DNA of 35,813 nt, from the IMG/VR virus record IMGVR_UViG_3300020576_001964, positions 1-35,813 of that record, one strand, 5' to 3'. The translations under genes were made by a program, and so were the position numbers. Source of the stretch: a virus. The notes under the pieces were generated by a model, which worked only from the letters and a program-made list of their open reading frames with translations, was not told the DNA's origin and searched no databases. Below, piece after piece: positions 8,326 through 16,435 of the stretch (position 1 is the stretch's first letter; every line of letters starts with the position of its first letter).

Positions 8326-8328
8326 GGT

Positions 8329-9537
8329 CTAGGGCTTGTACGCGCCGTTGGTATTGCGACCCATGCCGGCCACCGGCTGCGATGCCGGGCCCGGCGCGCC
8401 CACCACGGACGGCTGCGCGCCCGACGAGCCGTACCACCACGCGGGCGGGGCGTACGTCGCGCCGGCATAGGTTCCCGGTTGGCCGCTGGCCTGAAACGCC
8501 GCATATCCCGGATCGGGCATCGTGGCGTAGTAGCGATTGAGGGCTTCCATCTGCATTTGCGCGACCGGATCGTGAGGCGCGCGGGCCGCCAACTGTTCGT
8601 AGGCCGCTTGCTGGTTGGCGCCGTTCGTGCTCACGAAGTTCTGCACCCACGAGTTCTGGTTGGTCCGGGACTCGTTGTCGTTGCCGCCGAACGCCTGCGC
8701 GTACAGCGCGTTCTGCGCTGAGGTCGCACCCGCCTGTTGCTTGAACTGGTCCAACATCGCCTGTTGCTGCGGAGTGAGCGTGATGCCCGCTTGCGCGAGT
8801 TGCGCCGCCAAGCCGTCGTCGAATTTCATGGGTGCTCCCTGGTTGGAGTGATTTTCGCCTTGGTGCCATTGGCCAGTCGCAGGGTCGAAACCGTGCGAAA
8901 TCTTGCCCATCAGTCCCACGTTGGCCGCGCCGGCAGAACCTTGAACGGCGAACGGATCGCCGTTCCACACGCTGCGCCAGCCGTTGGTACCGGCGCCGAA
9001 GGTCGGCTTCCCGGCATAGTTGGTCGGGTTGATCGTCGTCCCGCCGGGGTTCGCGCCCATGCCGGTGCCGCTATAGGTGCCGGCGGTGACGCCAGGGCTT
9101 GAACCGTAGTTGCCGCCCGTCATGCCGTTGTTGATCGTGCTCGAGCCCGCGACCGACGACGACATCGGCGACGAGGACGGCATGCCGCTCAAGTCAGCAC
9201 CGCCCGATACGCCGGTCGCGTAGGTCGGTGTGCCGAATCCGCCGCCCACGTCCGCACCGTTCGCGCCGGGCGTGCCAATGGCCGTGGACCCCGAGCCGTA
9301 GTCGTAGCCGCTGTAGGGCATCGTGGTCGCAGGCGCGGACGGCCGCCCGATGTTCGCGCCGAAGCCCGGCATGCCAAGCACGCTTCCGACGTTCGATCCG
9401 GTGCCAACGCCGTTGCCGGGGTCCGTCGCGCCGTAGCCGCTCGGCACGCCAGCCTTGGGCCGCGACCCGTAGCCGTAACTGTTGCCGGGATTGGTCCCGA
9501 AGCCGCCACGCGCGAGGTCGTAGAGTGAAAAGCCCAT
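8329..9537 (-). CDS. Gly/Ser/Thr/Asn/Pro/Tyr-rich virion protein (402 aa)
   Basis: ATG at 9537 preceded by AGGAG with a 6-nt spacer. Codon third positions are overwhelmingly G/C. Begins MGFSLYDLARGGFG. Confidence 0.8.
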   Translation of the reverse strand: MGFSLYDLARGGFGTNPGNSYGYGSRPKAGVPSGYGATDPGNGVGTGSNVGSVLGMPGFGANIGRPSAPATTMPYSGYDYGSGSTAIGTPGANGADVGGGFGTPTYATGVSGGADLSGMPSSSPMSSSVAGSSTINNGMTGGNYGSSPGVTAGTYSGTGMGANPGGTTINPTNYAGKPTFGAGTNGWRSVWNGDPFAVQGSAGAANVGLMGKISHGFDPATGQWHQGENHSNQGAPMKFDDGLAAQLAQAGITLTPQQQAMLDQFKQQAGATSAQNALYAQAFGGNDNESRTNQNSWVQNFVSTNGANQQAAYEQLAARAPHDPVAQMQMEALNRYYATMPDPGYAAFQASGQPGTYAGATYAPPAWWYGSSGAQPSVVGAPGPASQPVAGMGRNTNGAYKP

Positions 9538-9546
9538 GTTTCGCTC

Positions 9547-10383
9547 CTATTGTGGGACGGTTTCTTCGGCCAGCACGCGCACCAGACCCATGGACGCAGC
9601 GGCTGCGGTAGCGCCATTGCCGACGTAAGCAACAACGCCAAGGAATGTCGTGTTTGAAGGCAAATCGGCACTGATCGTGCCGGTCACCGGCGCCACGATC
9701 GTGTCCTCGCGCGTCACCGTGTACGTGACGATTTGACTGTTCGCGACCGTCTCGAACACCACGCGGTACACCGCGTTGTTGACGATTGGATAGTTGGCAC
9801 CCAGGTTGACCTTGGTCGCGACGCCGGCCGCGTCGTTGCTCATCACCTGCAGCGTGGTGTCGGCACTGTCCGCGCCGCACAGGATGCAATTCAGCGTAGC
9901 CGATGGATCATTGGCATTGAGCGTCAGCGCACCAGCCGCAAGCCCAAACCCAACCCGCGTAGTGGCCACCGTGGTGTCGATGCCGAAGCGGATTTCCACG
10001 CGGAAGCCACCCAAGCCCGCAGCGTTCCCGAGCCAGTAATAAAGCGAGCTCAATGCGCCGTTGTACCCGGCCGCCGATCCCGCGCCGGCTGCGGTCGTGA
10101 ACCTCCCCCGCGCCAAACTCGCGTAGTAGGACGCGGACGATGGAGTCGGCGTGGAACTCGGAATAATCAGCGGCATTCCGATGGACTGGCCGCCCGCGGC
10201 GAATATCTCCGCAACCCTGACGCGACGATTGCGCCAGATGTCGCCCTGCCCGCTGCTGCTCGGCACCGCAGCGAACGCCGAGCGAATCGCCGTGAACAGC
10301 GCCTGCAACGGTCGCGTCGCGCGCCCCTGCTCGTCCACCAGTTGCGCCGCTGTCGAGGGGATGGCGCCGAGTTGGATCGCCAC
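9547..10383 (-). CDS. Beta-rich structural protein (278 aa), function unknown
   Basis: Full track ORF following the gp10-like gene. Ala/Gly/Thr/Val-rich composition typical of jelly-roll tail or needle-associated proteins. Confidence 0.7.
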   Translation of the reverse strand: MAIQLGAIPSTAAQLVDEQGRATRPLQALFTAIRSAFAAVPSSSGQGDIWRNRRVRVAEIFAAGGQSIGMPLIIPSSTPTPSSASYYASLARGRFTTAAGAGSAAGYNGALSSLYYWLGNAAGLGGFRVEIRFGIDTTVATTRVGFGLAAGALTLNANDPSATLNCILCGADSADTTLQVMSNDAAGVATKVNLGANYPIVNNAVYRVVFETVANSQIVTYTVTREDTIVAPVTGTISADLPSNTTFLGVVAYVGNGATAAAASMGLVRVLAEETVPQ

Positions 10384-10384
10384 G

Positions 10385-11845
10385 CTACTTGCCGAAGTCC
10401 GCGGCCGCGTTCATGAACACGGTTTTTACCGGGTCAGAAACGCGGAAGTGAAACACCCAATCATCCGAGACACCGAGCTTGCGCCACACCACGCGCTTGC
10501 GGTACTGCCCCTGCGGTCCGATGCCGCGCCACCGCTCGCTACTCCACGTGTGACCGCCGTCCTTGCTGATCCGCATCATTATTTGCGGATCGCTTCCCTG
10601 CCCGGTGCTGATGCCGACGCCGCCCTCAAGATCGAGTTGCAGCTCCCACAGCGTCATGCGTTCGAGATTCACGAAGGCATGGCGAGAAATCAACTCGCGC
10701 ACGATCGGCGTTGTGTCGTCGGTGTAGCGGTCCGCATCGAGGTAGTACACCCGGCCGTCGCGGTAGTCGGTGACGATCGACGTGTTTCGGTACTGCGACG
10801 AATACTGGCCCGCCCACCGGCCCGGCTGACCCGTCACCGGGTCCGTCGTCTGCCACTCGTCCCACAGGTTGGTGGACAGGTCGTAGGCGAACGAGGTATC
10901 CGCGCAATTGACGATGTACCACGTATGACCCGAGTGTGTGACCACGGACGTGGTGATGAACGCGCCGGCCGTGATCGCCGCATTTATGCGCTTTTCGACG
11001 TCGGGCGTCGACACCACCCGTACCGTGTAGCCGTCGAGCTTGCACACCTGCGGTTGGCCGCCGAGGTTGCGCCCGAGGAACAGAACGGAATCGTTCGCCT
11101 TGCGCGGCGTGTCGAAGATGGCCAGGCCCCAATCGATCCCGGAACCACCGACCCGAACGAACACATTGCTGTCGCCGCTCGGCTGCCAGAACTCCAACGT
11201 GCGATTGCCGAACAGCAGCAATTCCCCGCCGCGCTCGAACACCTGCATCAGTGGATCGGGATTCGCTTCCGCTGTGGCGAAGTTGAGCGGGTTCCAGTCG
11301 GTGTAGTCGTACACCCCGGACCACCGGAAGCGCCCGGGCGACCCCGGATCGTCGACCACGAAGCGGCCAGCAATGAAGCAGATCGACCGCGCCCCATTGG
11401 GGAAGTTGGAGATAGGAATATCGGAGAACTTACCGACACCTGACAGGTAGGCGGTGACGCCATCGACGGATAGCGTGTTGGTGCCATTGCTTGCGAACTG
11501 CACCACGCCGTTGCTGGTGAGGTAGAAATCAGCAGCAGACAGGAACCGTCCCGGCGACGTCGCAAACAACTCCTTGTTTCCTTGCGCGGCCCTCACATAT
11601 TCCGTTGAGGTCAACGACGATGTGGGGGTGACGATCAACCCACGAACCGGACCGCCTGGAAACGCGGACGGTGCGTTGTCGTCGTTGAAACCCTTGAGCA
11701 GCCCCGGCCGCGGGTAGAACGCCTTGGGCGTCTTGTCCGGGTCGTTGAACGTCTCCGCGTACAGGTTCACGCGCCGTTGCGCAGTGACATTGCTCGACTT
11801 GCCGAAGGTTCCCGATCCAAAGAGCGGAACGATCGCCTTCGGCAT
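10385..11845 (-). CDS. P22 gp10-like tail hub / head-completion protein
   Basis: 486 aa. The C-terminus ISKDGGHTWSSERWRGIGPQGQYRKRVVWRKLGVSDDWVFHFRVSDP follows the pattern of the P22 gp10 C-terminus as I recall it (TTDGINYGRE...YDKRVLWKRVGRIRRLIGFKLRV). Size and position also match. Confidence 0.7.
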   Translation of the reverse strand: MPKAIVPLFGSGTFGKSSNVTAQRRVNLYAETFNDPDKTPKAFYPRPGLLKGFNDDNAPSAFPGGPVRGLIVTPTSSLTSTEYVRAAQGNKELFATSPGRFLSAADFYLTSNGVVQFASNGTNTLSVDGVTAYLSGVGKFSDIPISNFPNGARSICFIAGRFVVDDPGSPGRFRWSGVYDYTDWNPLNFATAEANPDPLMQVFERGGELLLFGNRTLEFWQPSGDSNVFVRVGGSGIDWGLAIFDTPRKANDSVLFLGRNLGGQPQVCKLDGYTVRVVSTPDVEKRINAAITAGAFITTSVVTHSGHTWYIVNCADTSFAYDLSTNLWDEWQTTDPVTGQPGRWAGQYSSQYRNTSIVTDYRDGRVYYLDADRYTDDTTPIVRELISRHAFVNLERMTLWELQLDLEGGVGISTGQGSDPQIMMRISKDGGHTWSSERWRGIGPQGQYRKRVVWRKLGVSDDWVFHFRVSDPVKTVFMNAAADFGK

Positions 11846-11848
11846 CGA

Positions 11849-12283
11849 CTACGCGACCGCTTGCAGCACCGGGCCGGGCTCGCCCAGCAGCACCGCGCGC
11901 GCCTTGTTGGCCGCCGTCACCATACCCTTCGTGGGCACCGTCAGCTTCGCCGCTACGTCGCCCTGCCGAAACTGCAGGATCGTCTGCCCGTTCAGTTTCA
12001 GCGGCTCGCCGCCACTCTGGTACTTCCCGAACAGGAAGTAATCGCCGGCCTTGATAAAGCACCGCTTCTCGTTGCCGTTGTCGTCCATCTCGCCGGGGCC
12101 GCGCGCGAAGCAGCAGCCAACGCGCACCTTCTGCGCATCCTCGACATCCGGCAGCACGATGCCGCCCGAGGTCACTTCCTCGCGCACCTCCACCGCCCAG
12201 ATAAGGCCCGGCATAAGCTCGCAATGGTCGAGCGTCAGCCGATCCGTTCCCGTCGTTCCGTAGTTCGCAACGCCTGCTGGCAT
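11849..12283 (-). CDS. GroES/Cpn10-like co-chaperonin
   Basis: LMPGLIWAVEVREEVTSGGIVLPDVEDAQKVRVGCCFARGPGEMDDNGNEKRCFIKAGDYFLFGKYQSGGEPLKLNGQTILQFRQGDVAAKL aligns by eye with E. coli GroES (IRPLHDRVIVKR...SAGGIVL...GEVLAVGNG...VKVGDIVIF..YG...EEVLIMSESDILA). About 20 aa N-terminal extension. Confidence 0.7.
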   Translation of the reverse strand: MPAGVANYGTTGTDRLTLDHCELMPGLIWAVEVREEVTSGGIVLPDVEDAQKVRVGCCFARGPGEMDDNGNEKRCFIKAGDYFLFGKYQSGGEPLKLNGQTILQFRQGDVAAKLTVPTKGMVTAANKARAVLLGEPGPVLQAVA

Positions 12284-12285
12284 GG

Positions 12286-12984
12286 TTATCGATCCCCGTT
12301 GATGTCGTACCGTGTGCGGGTCGCGCCCGGAAGCTCCGTTCGCATTTCCCGCGGCTCCGTGTTGCTCCGCTTCACTGCTGCCTTCAACATCGTGGCCGAC
12401 GAGCGCAACTCGTCGTCGACCGACTTACCGAAATCCTTGGCCACCCGCACCGCCAGGTTGTCGACGATGCACGCCTGATACCCAGCCGGCAGCGTCAGCA
12501 CCGTATCGAGCGTCAGCACCCCGCCGCCCAGGAAGCCCCACACGCTGAACCGCGCGGTAAAATTGGTGTACGGCGCCGGCCAGAAGGTGAACGCCATGTG
12601 CGGCATCGTCTGGTTGACCCACACCCGCGTCGGAATCCCCGGCGCAGACTTGAGCGTCAAATCCTGGTAGACCTTCTCGCCGATGATCTCCACCGGCCAG
12701 TCGATCGGCTGCCCCGGAAACCGGACATTGACCGCCAGCGGCTTGGCCGCCGGCCGCAGACCCGACGCCAGTTGCGACGACGAGTAGGCGATGGTCAACG
12801 GCGTCATCGTCAGCGTGTCGACGTACGTGCCGTAGATCATCAGCCGCTCGAGCGCCCAGGCGTCGAGCATGAGATTGAGCGAGGACAGGGCCGTAGCCGC
12901 ATCCTCGCCCGCGAGCGATTCGTTCTGCATCAGCGTCCCGTTGCGCTGCATGGCCGCCGTGACGAGATCGCGCGCCGTCGTCAT
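12286..12984 (-). CDS. Head-completion/adaptor candidate (P22 gp4 slot), 232 aa
   Basis: Full track ORF. Function inferred only from its position between the coat-proximal genes and the gp10-like gene. Confidence 0.5.
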   Translation of the reverse strand: MTTARDLVTAAMQRNGTLMQNESLAGEDAATALSSLNLMLDAWALERLMIYGTYVDTLTMTPLTIAYSSSQLASGLRPAAKPLAVNVRFPGQPIDWPVEIIGEKVYQDLTLKSAPGIPTRVWVNQTMPHMAFTFWPAPYTNFTARFSVWGFLGGGVLTLDTVLTLPAGYQACIVDNLAVRVAKDFGKSVDDELRSSATMLKAAVKRSNTEPREMRTELPGATRTRYDINGDR

Positions 12985-12987
12985 GCG

Positions 12988-13332
12988 TTACGCCTTCGGC
13001 GGCCGTCCGACCTTGCGCGGGGCCGCTTCGCCGTCAACCGGCTTGCCGATCTTGGCCGCGAACTTCGCTTCCTCGATCGCGCGCAACTGATCCTGCGACG
13101 GCTCGGTGATCGCGTCCGCATCGGCCGGATTGCGCACCCAGCCATCGGCCAGCGCCGCCGTCACGGCCGCCTCGTCGTCGAACACCTTGCCCTCGCGCGG
13201 GAAGCCCGGCCAATCCGGGTGATACAGCGTGCGCGGGTACTCCTGGTGAACGTACACCGGCTCTTCCGCAGGCTCGCCCGTTTCGGGGTCTTTGGGGCCG
13301 AAGTACACGTGCTTGATCTTGCCGATTGCCAT
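12988..13332 (-). CDS. Hypothetical protein downstream of the coat gene (114 aa)
   Basis: ATG at 13332 preceded by AAAGGGG. Acidic protein with a basic tail (PRKVGRPPKA). Confidence 0.75.
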   Translation of the reverse strand: MAIGKIKHVYFGPKDPETGEPAEEPVYVHQEYPRTLYHPDWPGFPREGKVFDDEAAVTAALADGWVRNPADADAITEPSQDQLRAIEEAKFAAKIGKPVDGEAAPRKVGRPPKA

Positions 13333-13361
13333 TTGATGCCCCTTTCTCGCTCCCGCGAAGG

Positions 13362-13390
13362 GAGAAAACCGGGCGCCCGAAAGCGCCCGG
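13362..13390 (-). terminator. Intrinsic terminator after the major capsid gene
   Basis: Minus-strand RNA: CCGGGCGC-uuucgg-GCGCCCGG (8-bp GC stem, 13369-13390), followed by UUUUCUCCCUU. Confidence 0.65.
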
Positions 13391-13421
13391 AAATACCACG
13401 GAGGAACCGCTTGCGTGCGGC

Positions 13422-14663
13422 TTACGCCGCGACTTGCTGGCAGGCCAACTCGGGGTACGGCGCCGCCCAGCCATAGAGCACGTCAACGCGCGCCGGCACC
13501 GTGTCCGTAGCAATCGCGTACTGGCGCACCACACGCAGGGAAATGCCCTTCCACTGGCGACGCGCGCCCCACGCGCCCATCTGGCCCACGTCGACCAGAT
13601 CGACGCAGCCCAGCGTGAACGCCGACTCGTGCCACGCGAGGTTGCGCGCGTACTGGGTCGACGCCGTGCCCACGAACGTGAGCGCGTTGCCGTTGGTCGG
13701 CGCCGCCACCACGTTCTGGAACGGACCCGCCGTGATGATGGCCGGGCTGATGTTCAGCGTCAGGTTGCCCGCGCCATCCGAGGACTGGTTGCCCAGCACC
13801 ACGAACTGCATCAACTGGCCCGTCGACTGCCGCGTCACCGGGTTCACCGCGTTGAGGCCCACGATCGTGAACACGTCGCCGGCTGCCACGCGCTGCGCTG
13901 CCGACGCCGTCCAGCCGTTGGTAATGAGCGTGCCGCTGTTCGCCCACCCCGCCGTCAGGCCCTGCGCCGCACCGTTGACCACCGGCGAGCCACCGCGCGG
14001 CCCCGTCGTCTGCCGGTAGATGTTCTGCGACATCCCGAGCTTGAAGCCGATCGTGTTGGTGCCGTCGACGAACACCGCGTCCTTGTACTGCGACGACACG
14101 AGCCGCGGGTCGTTGAAGAACCCCGACAGCGCGTTGATCATCGACGCATTGGACGCCGTGTCCATCAGCAGGAACCGCTTGCCGTCGCGCGGCGCCGAGA
14201 AGTCGTCGAGCTTGCGGCCGGCGTCCGTGATGAAGCTGATGTTGTTCGGCGACGTGCCCGCTGTGCCGGTCAGGTTGCCGATCAAGCCGGTGGCCGTCTG
14301 CAGGCCGTCCTGGTCGATCTGGTTTGCAAGTTGGATCATCTTCGGCTTGATGATCCGCTCGGCGAAGTCCTCGACCTTGAGCGTGAGCTCGACGGACGTG
14401 AACGTCGTGTCGATGTGCTTCTGACTGTTGATGGTCAGCGGAATCGACGTTTCGGTGTAGTCCTGCGTCGACAGCGCAGCGCCGCTCGACACCGTGAAGC
14501 GCGCCGGGCGACGGATGTTGATCGTGTCGCCGATCTGCGCGCCCTTGTGCGCGAACTTGTCGTCGTACTCGCGCACCACATTCTTGGTGAACACGAGCTC
14601 GTTGACCAGCGAGAACAGGCACTCGCTGGTGTACGCTACGGGGTTCTGGAAACCGTTTGACAT
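13422..14663 (-). CDS. Major capsid protein, P22 coat (gp5)-like
   Basis: 413 aa directly after the scaffold gene. The N-terminal FTKNVVREYDDKFAHKGAQIGDTINIRRPARF resembles the P22 coat family N-arm. GC3 above 90%. Confidence 0.8.
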   Translation of the reverse strand: MSNGFQNPVAYTSECLFSLVNELVFTKNVVREYDDKFAHKGAQIGDTINIRRPARFTVSSGAALSTQDYTETSIPLTINSQKHIDTTFTSVELTLKVEDFAERIIKPKMIQLANQIDQDGLQTATGLIGNLTGTAGTSPNNISFITDAGRKLDDFSAPRDGKRFLLMDTASNASMINALSGFFNDPRLVSSQYKDAVFVDGTNTIGFKLGMSQNIYRQTTGPRGGSPVVNGAAQGLTAGWANSGTLITNGWTASAAQRVAAGDVFTIVGLNAVNPVTRQSTGQLMQFVVLGNQSSDGAGNLTLNISPAIITAGPFQNVVAAPTNGNALTFVGTASTQYARNLAWHESAFTLGCVDLVDVGQMGAWGARRQWKGISLRVVRQYAIATDTVPARVDVLYGWAAPYPELACQQVAA

Positions 14664-14667
14664 GATG

Positions 14668-15612
14668 CTATGCCCTCATTTGCCGCTTGCGCCAGGTCGC
14701 GTAGTCGTCCATCGAGCCAGTCGCGGGCATCCCACCTGACGGCGGGCGCATTCCCGAGACGGCACGACCCGGAGGCGGTGCGTTGGATGGTTGCGGCGCG
14801 CGGTTGACCGAAGCGGCGAATTCGCCGATGGCCGCGCCTTGCAGGGCAGGAGGCATGCGCGAGATCCGGTGCGCCTCTTGGGGATTGCGCCCCAAGTGGT
14901 AGAGCACCCGCGCGCTATCCGGTCGCAACAGCAGCGTCTGCACCATGGCGGCGTTGTGCGGCCCGACCGGAATCTCGTCGAGCGATTGAATCGCAACGTC
15001 GTAGTCCGGGGCTTCCTTGACGAAAGCCTCTTTCCGCGCGTCGAAATCCGACAACACTTCCCGCACCTGCCCAAGTTGCCGTTGCTGCTGCTCTTGCTGC
15101 TGCCGGTCGGACTGCTCGCGCTCGCGCGCTTGCCGGTCCTCGTTCAGCATCCGCGCCGTCCGTTGCGTCGCGGCGTATTCCGCCTCGGCGCGCAGGAACG
15201 CGCGGTAATCGCCCGGATAGTCCTCTTCCCGCGGTGGCGCATCCGCCGGTCGTGCGGGCGGGTCCGCCGCTCGCGGCGCCTGAATCTGGCCTTCGACCAG
15301 TTTCCGGTGCGTATCGAGCAACAGGTCCGCGCGCCGTTCCGCTTCTGCAGCGCGTCGCGTGAGTTCGTCGATCCTCTTTTGCACGCCTCGCGCGCGCCGC
15401 TGTTGTTCCGGTTCGGGAACGGGCGCTTGCGGTTGTGCGGCGGCCGGATCGGCCGTGGTGTCCGCGGGCCCTGGATTCGCGGCGTCTTGCGCTGAGGGCG
15501 CAGCAGGGTCAACAGCAGGCGCTACGGGCGCCGGGTCCGACTGCGCGGCGAAGTGCTCTTCACGCGCCGCCACGTAGTTGTCCATCGAAAACGGGTCGTT
15601 GTCGTTCGGCAT
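14668..15612 (-). CDS. Scaffolding protein
   Basis: ATG at 15612. 314 aa, Ala/Pro/Gln/Arg/Glu-rich with long charged helices (QQQEQQQRQLGQVRE). Sits between portal-side genes and the coat gene. Confidence 0.7.
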   Translation of the reverse strand: MPNDNDPFSMDNYVAAREEHFAAQSDPAPVAPAVDPAAPSAQDAANPGPADTTADPAAAQPQAPVPEPEQQRRARGVQKRIDELTRRAAEAERRADLLLDTHRKLVEGQIQAPRAADPPARPADAPPREEDYPGDYRAFLRAEAEYAATQRTARMLNEDRQAREREQSDRQQQEQQQRQLGQVREVLSDFDARKEAFVKEAPDYDVAIQSLDEIPVGPHNAAMVQTLLLRPDSARVLYHLGRNPQEAHRISRMPPALQGAAIGEFAASVNRAPQPSNAPPPGRAVSGMRPPSGGMPATGSMDDYATWRKRQMRA

Positions 15613-15623
15613 GGGCTCGCCCC

Positions 15624-15657
15624 AAGAAAACGAAAAGGCCGCCCAACCTCGGCGGCC
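15624..15657 (-). terminator. Intrinsic terminator inside the late operon, upstream of the scaffold gene
   Basis: Minus-strand RNA: GGCCGCC-gagguug-GGCGGCC (15637-15657), followed by UUUUCGUUUUCUU. Confidence 0.6.
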
Positions 15658-15706
15658 CATCGTCTAGCCCGGTTGAACGCCAACCGGTAAGCGGTGCTGC
15701 GACTGC

Positions 15707-16432
15707 CTAATACGTCGTGATCGTCGCGCCTTCCAGTTGCGCGGTATCGCCCGCCGTGGCCTTCGTCACGGTGATGACGAACTCGGACTCCTGGTTGATG
15801 TAGTCGAAGGTCGCCGTGGGGTAGGCGGTAGTCGACACGCCCCAACCACCCGACGCGCCGGGACCGAAGCCGATCAAGCTCGATCCATCACCGCGCCCGC
15901 TGATCGTGAATTCGGCGTTGTAATTGAGCGCCGACGCCAACGACGGCGACGTGAACAGCGCCGTGCCGCCCACACCACCCCAGCGTGCGCGCAGCGTCTT
16001 GACGTTGACGTTGTTGGTCAGCGACACCGCCAAGTCGATGTCCATCTCGAAATTCGGCGTCAGGAACCGCGGCGGGATGCGGATCGACAGGAGCACTTGT
16101 TCCGTCGTCGCGCTGGCCGACGCCAATACGTTGTTGATGTTAAGCAGTTGATCGACGAACTGGGTGTTGGCTCCCGACACATCGACCAGGAACACGTTGG
16201 CCGGCGACACCGCCGCCGTGATGCGCGCGTACCCGTTGACCGGCGCACGGAACGAGCCGCCCTGCGAAATCGTGCCGTACGTCCACGGCTGCCACATGCT
16301 GCGCCCGTCGACCGAGAACTCGACCAGCACTGTGCCGCCGAGCACCGAAGGCCCCGCGGACACATTCAGCAGCGGCGTCACCGGAATGACCGCCGACACT
16401 CCGACCGGGATTTTCTGAAAGGTTGTCGCCAT
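15707..16432 (-). CDS. Beta-rich protein between portal and scaffold genes (241 aa), function unknown
   Basis: Full track ORF, 4 nt after the portal stop. No counterpart at this position in the P22 gene order as I recall it. Confidence 0.75.
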   Translation of the reverse strand: MATTFQKIPVGVSAVIPVTPLLNVSAGPSVLGGTVLVEFSVDGRSMWQPWTYGTISQGGSFRAPVNGYARITAAVSPANVFLVDVSGANTQFVDQLLNINNVLASASATTEQVLLSIRIPPRFLTPNFEMDIDLAVSLTNNVNVKTLRARWGGVGGTALFTSPSLASALNYNAEFTISGRGDGSSLIGFGPGASGGWGVSTTAYPTATFDYINQESEFVITVTKATAGDTAQLEGATITTY

Positions 16433-16435
16433 GCT

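Noticed and set aside
13326-14660. 444-aa plus-strand ORF antisense to the coat gene. Many similar long ORFs occur elsewhere, e.g. 3131..4279 (+), 7564..8721 (+), 10151..11443 (+), 15737..16783 (+), 22246..23997 (-), 23160..24323 (+).
   Set aside because: Their Arg/Ala/Gly/Pro-dominated translations are typical of off-frame or antisense reading of high-GC coding DNA. Each lies wholly inside a gene with recognisable motifs or strong G/C third-position bias.
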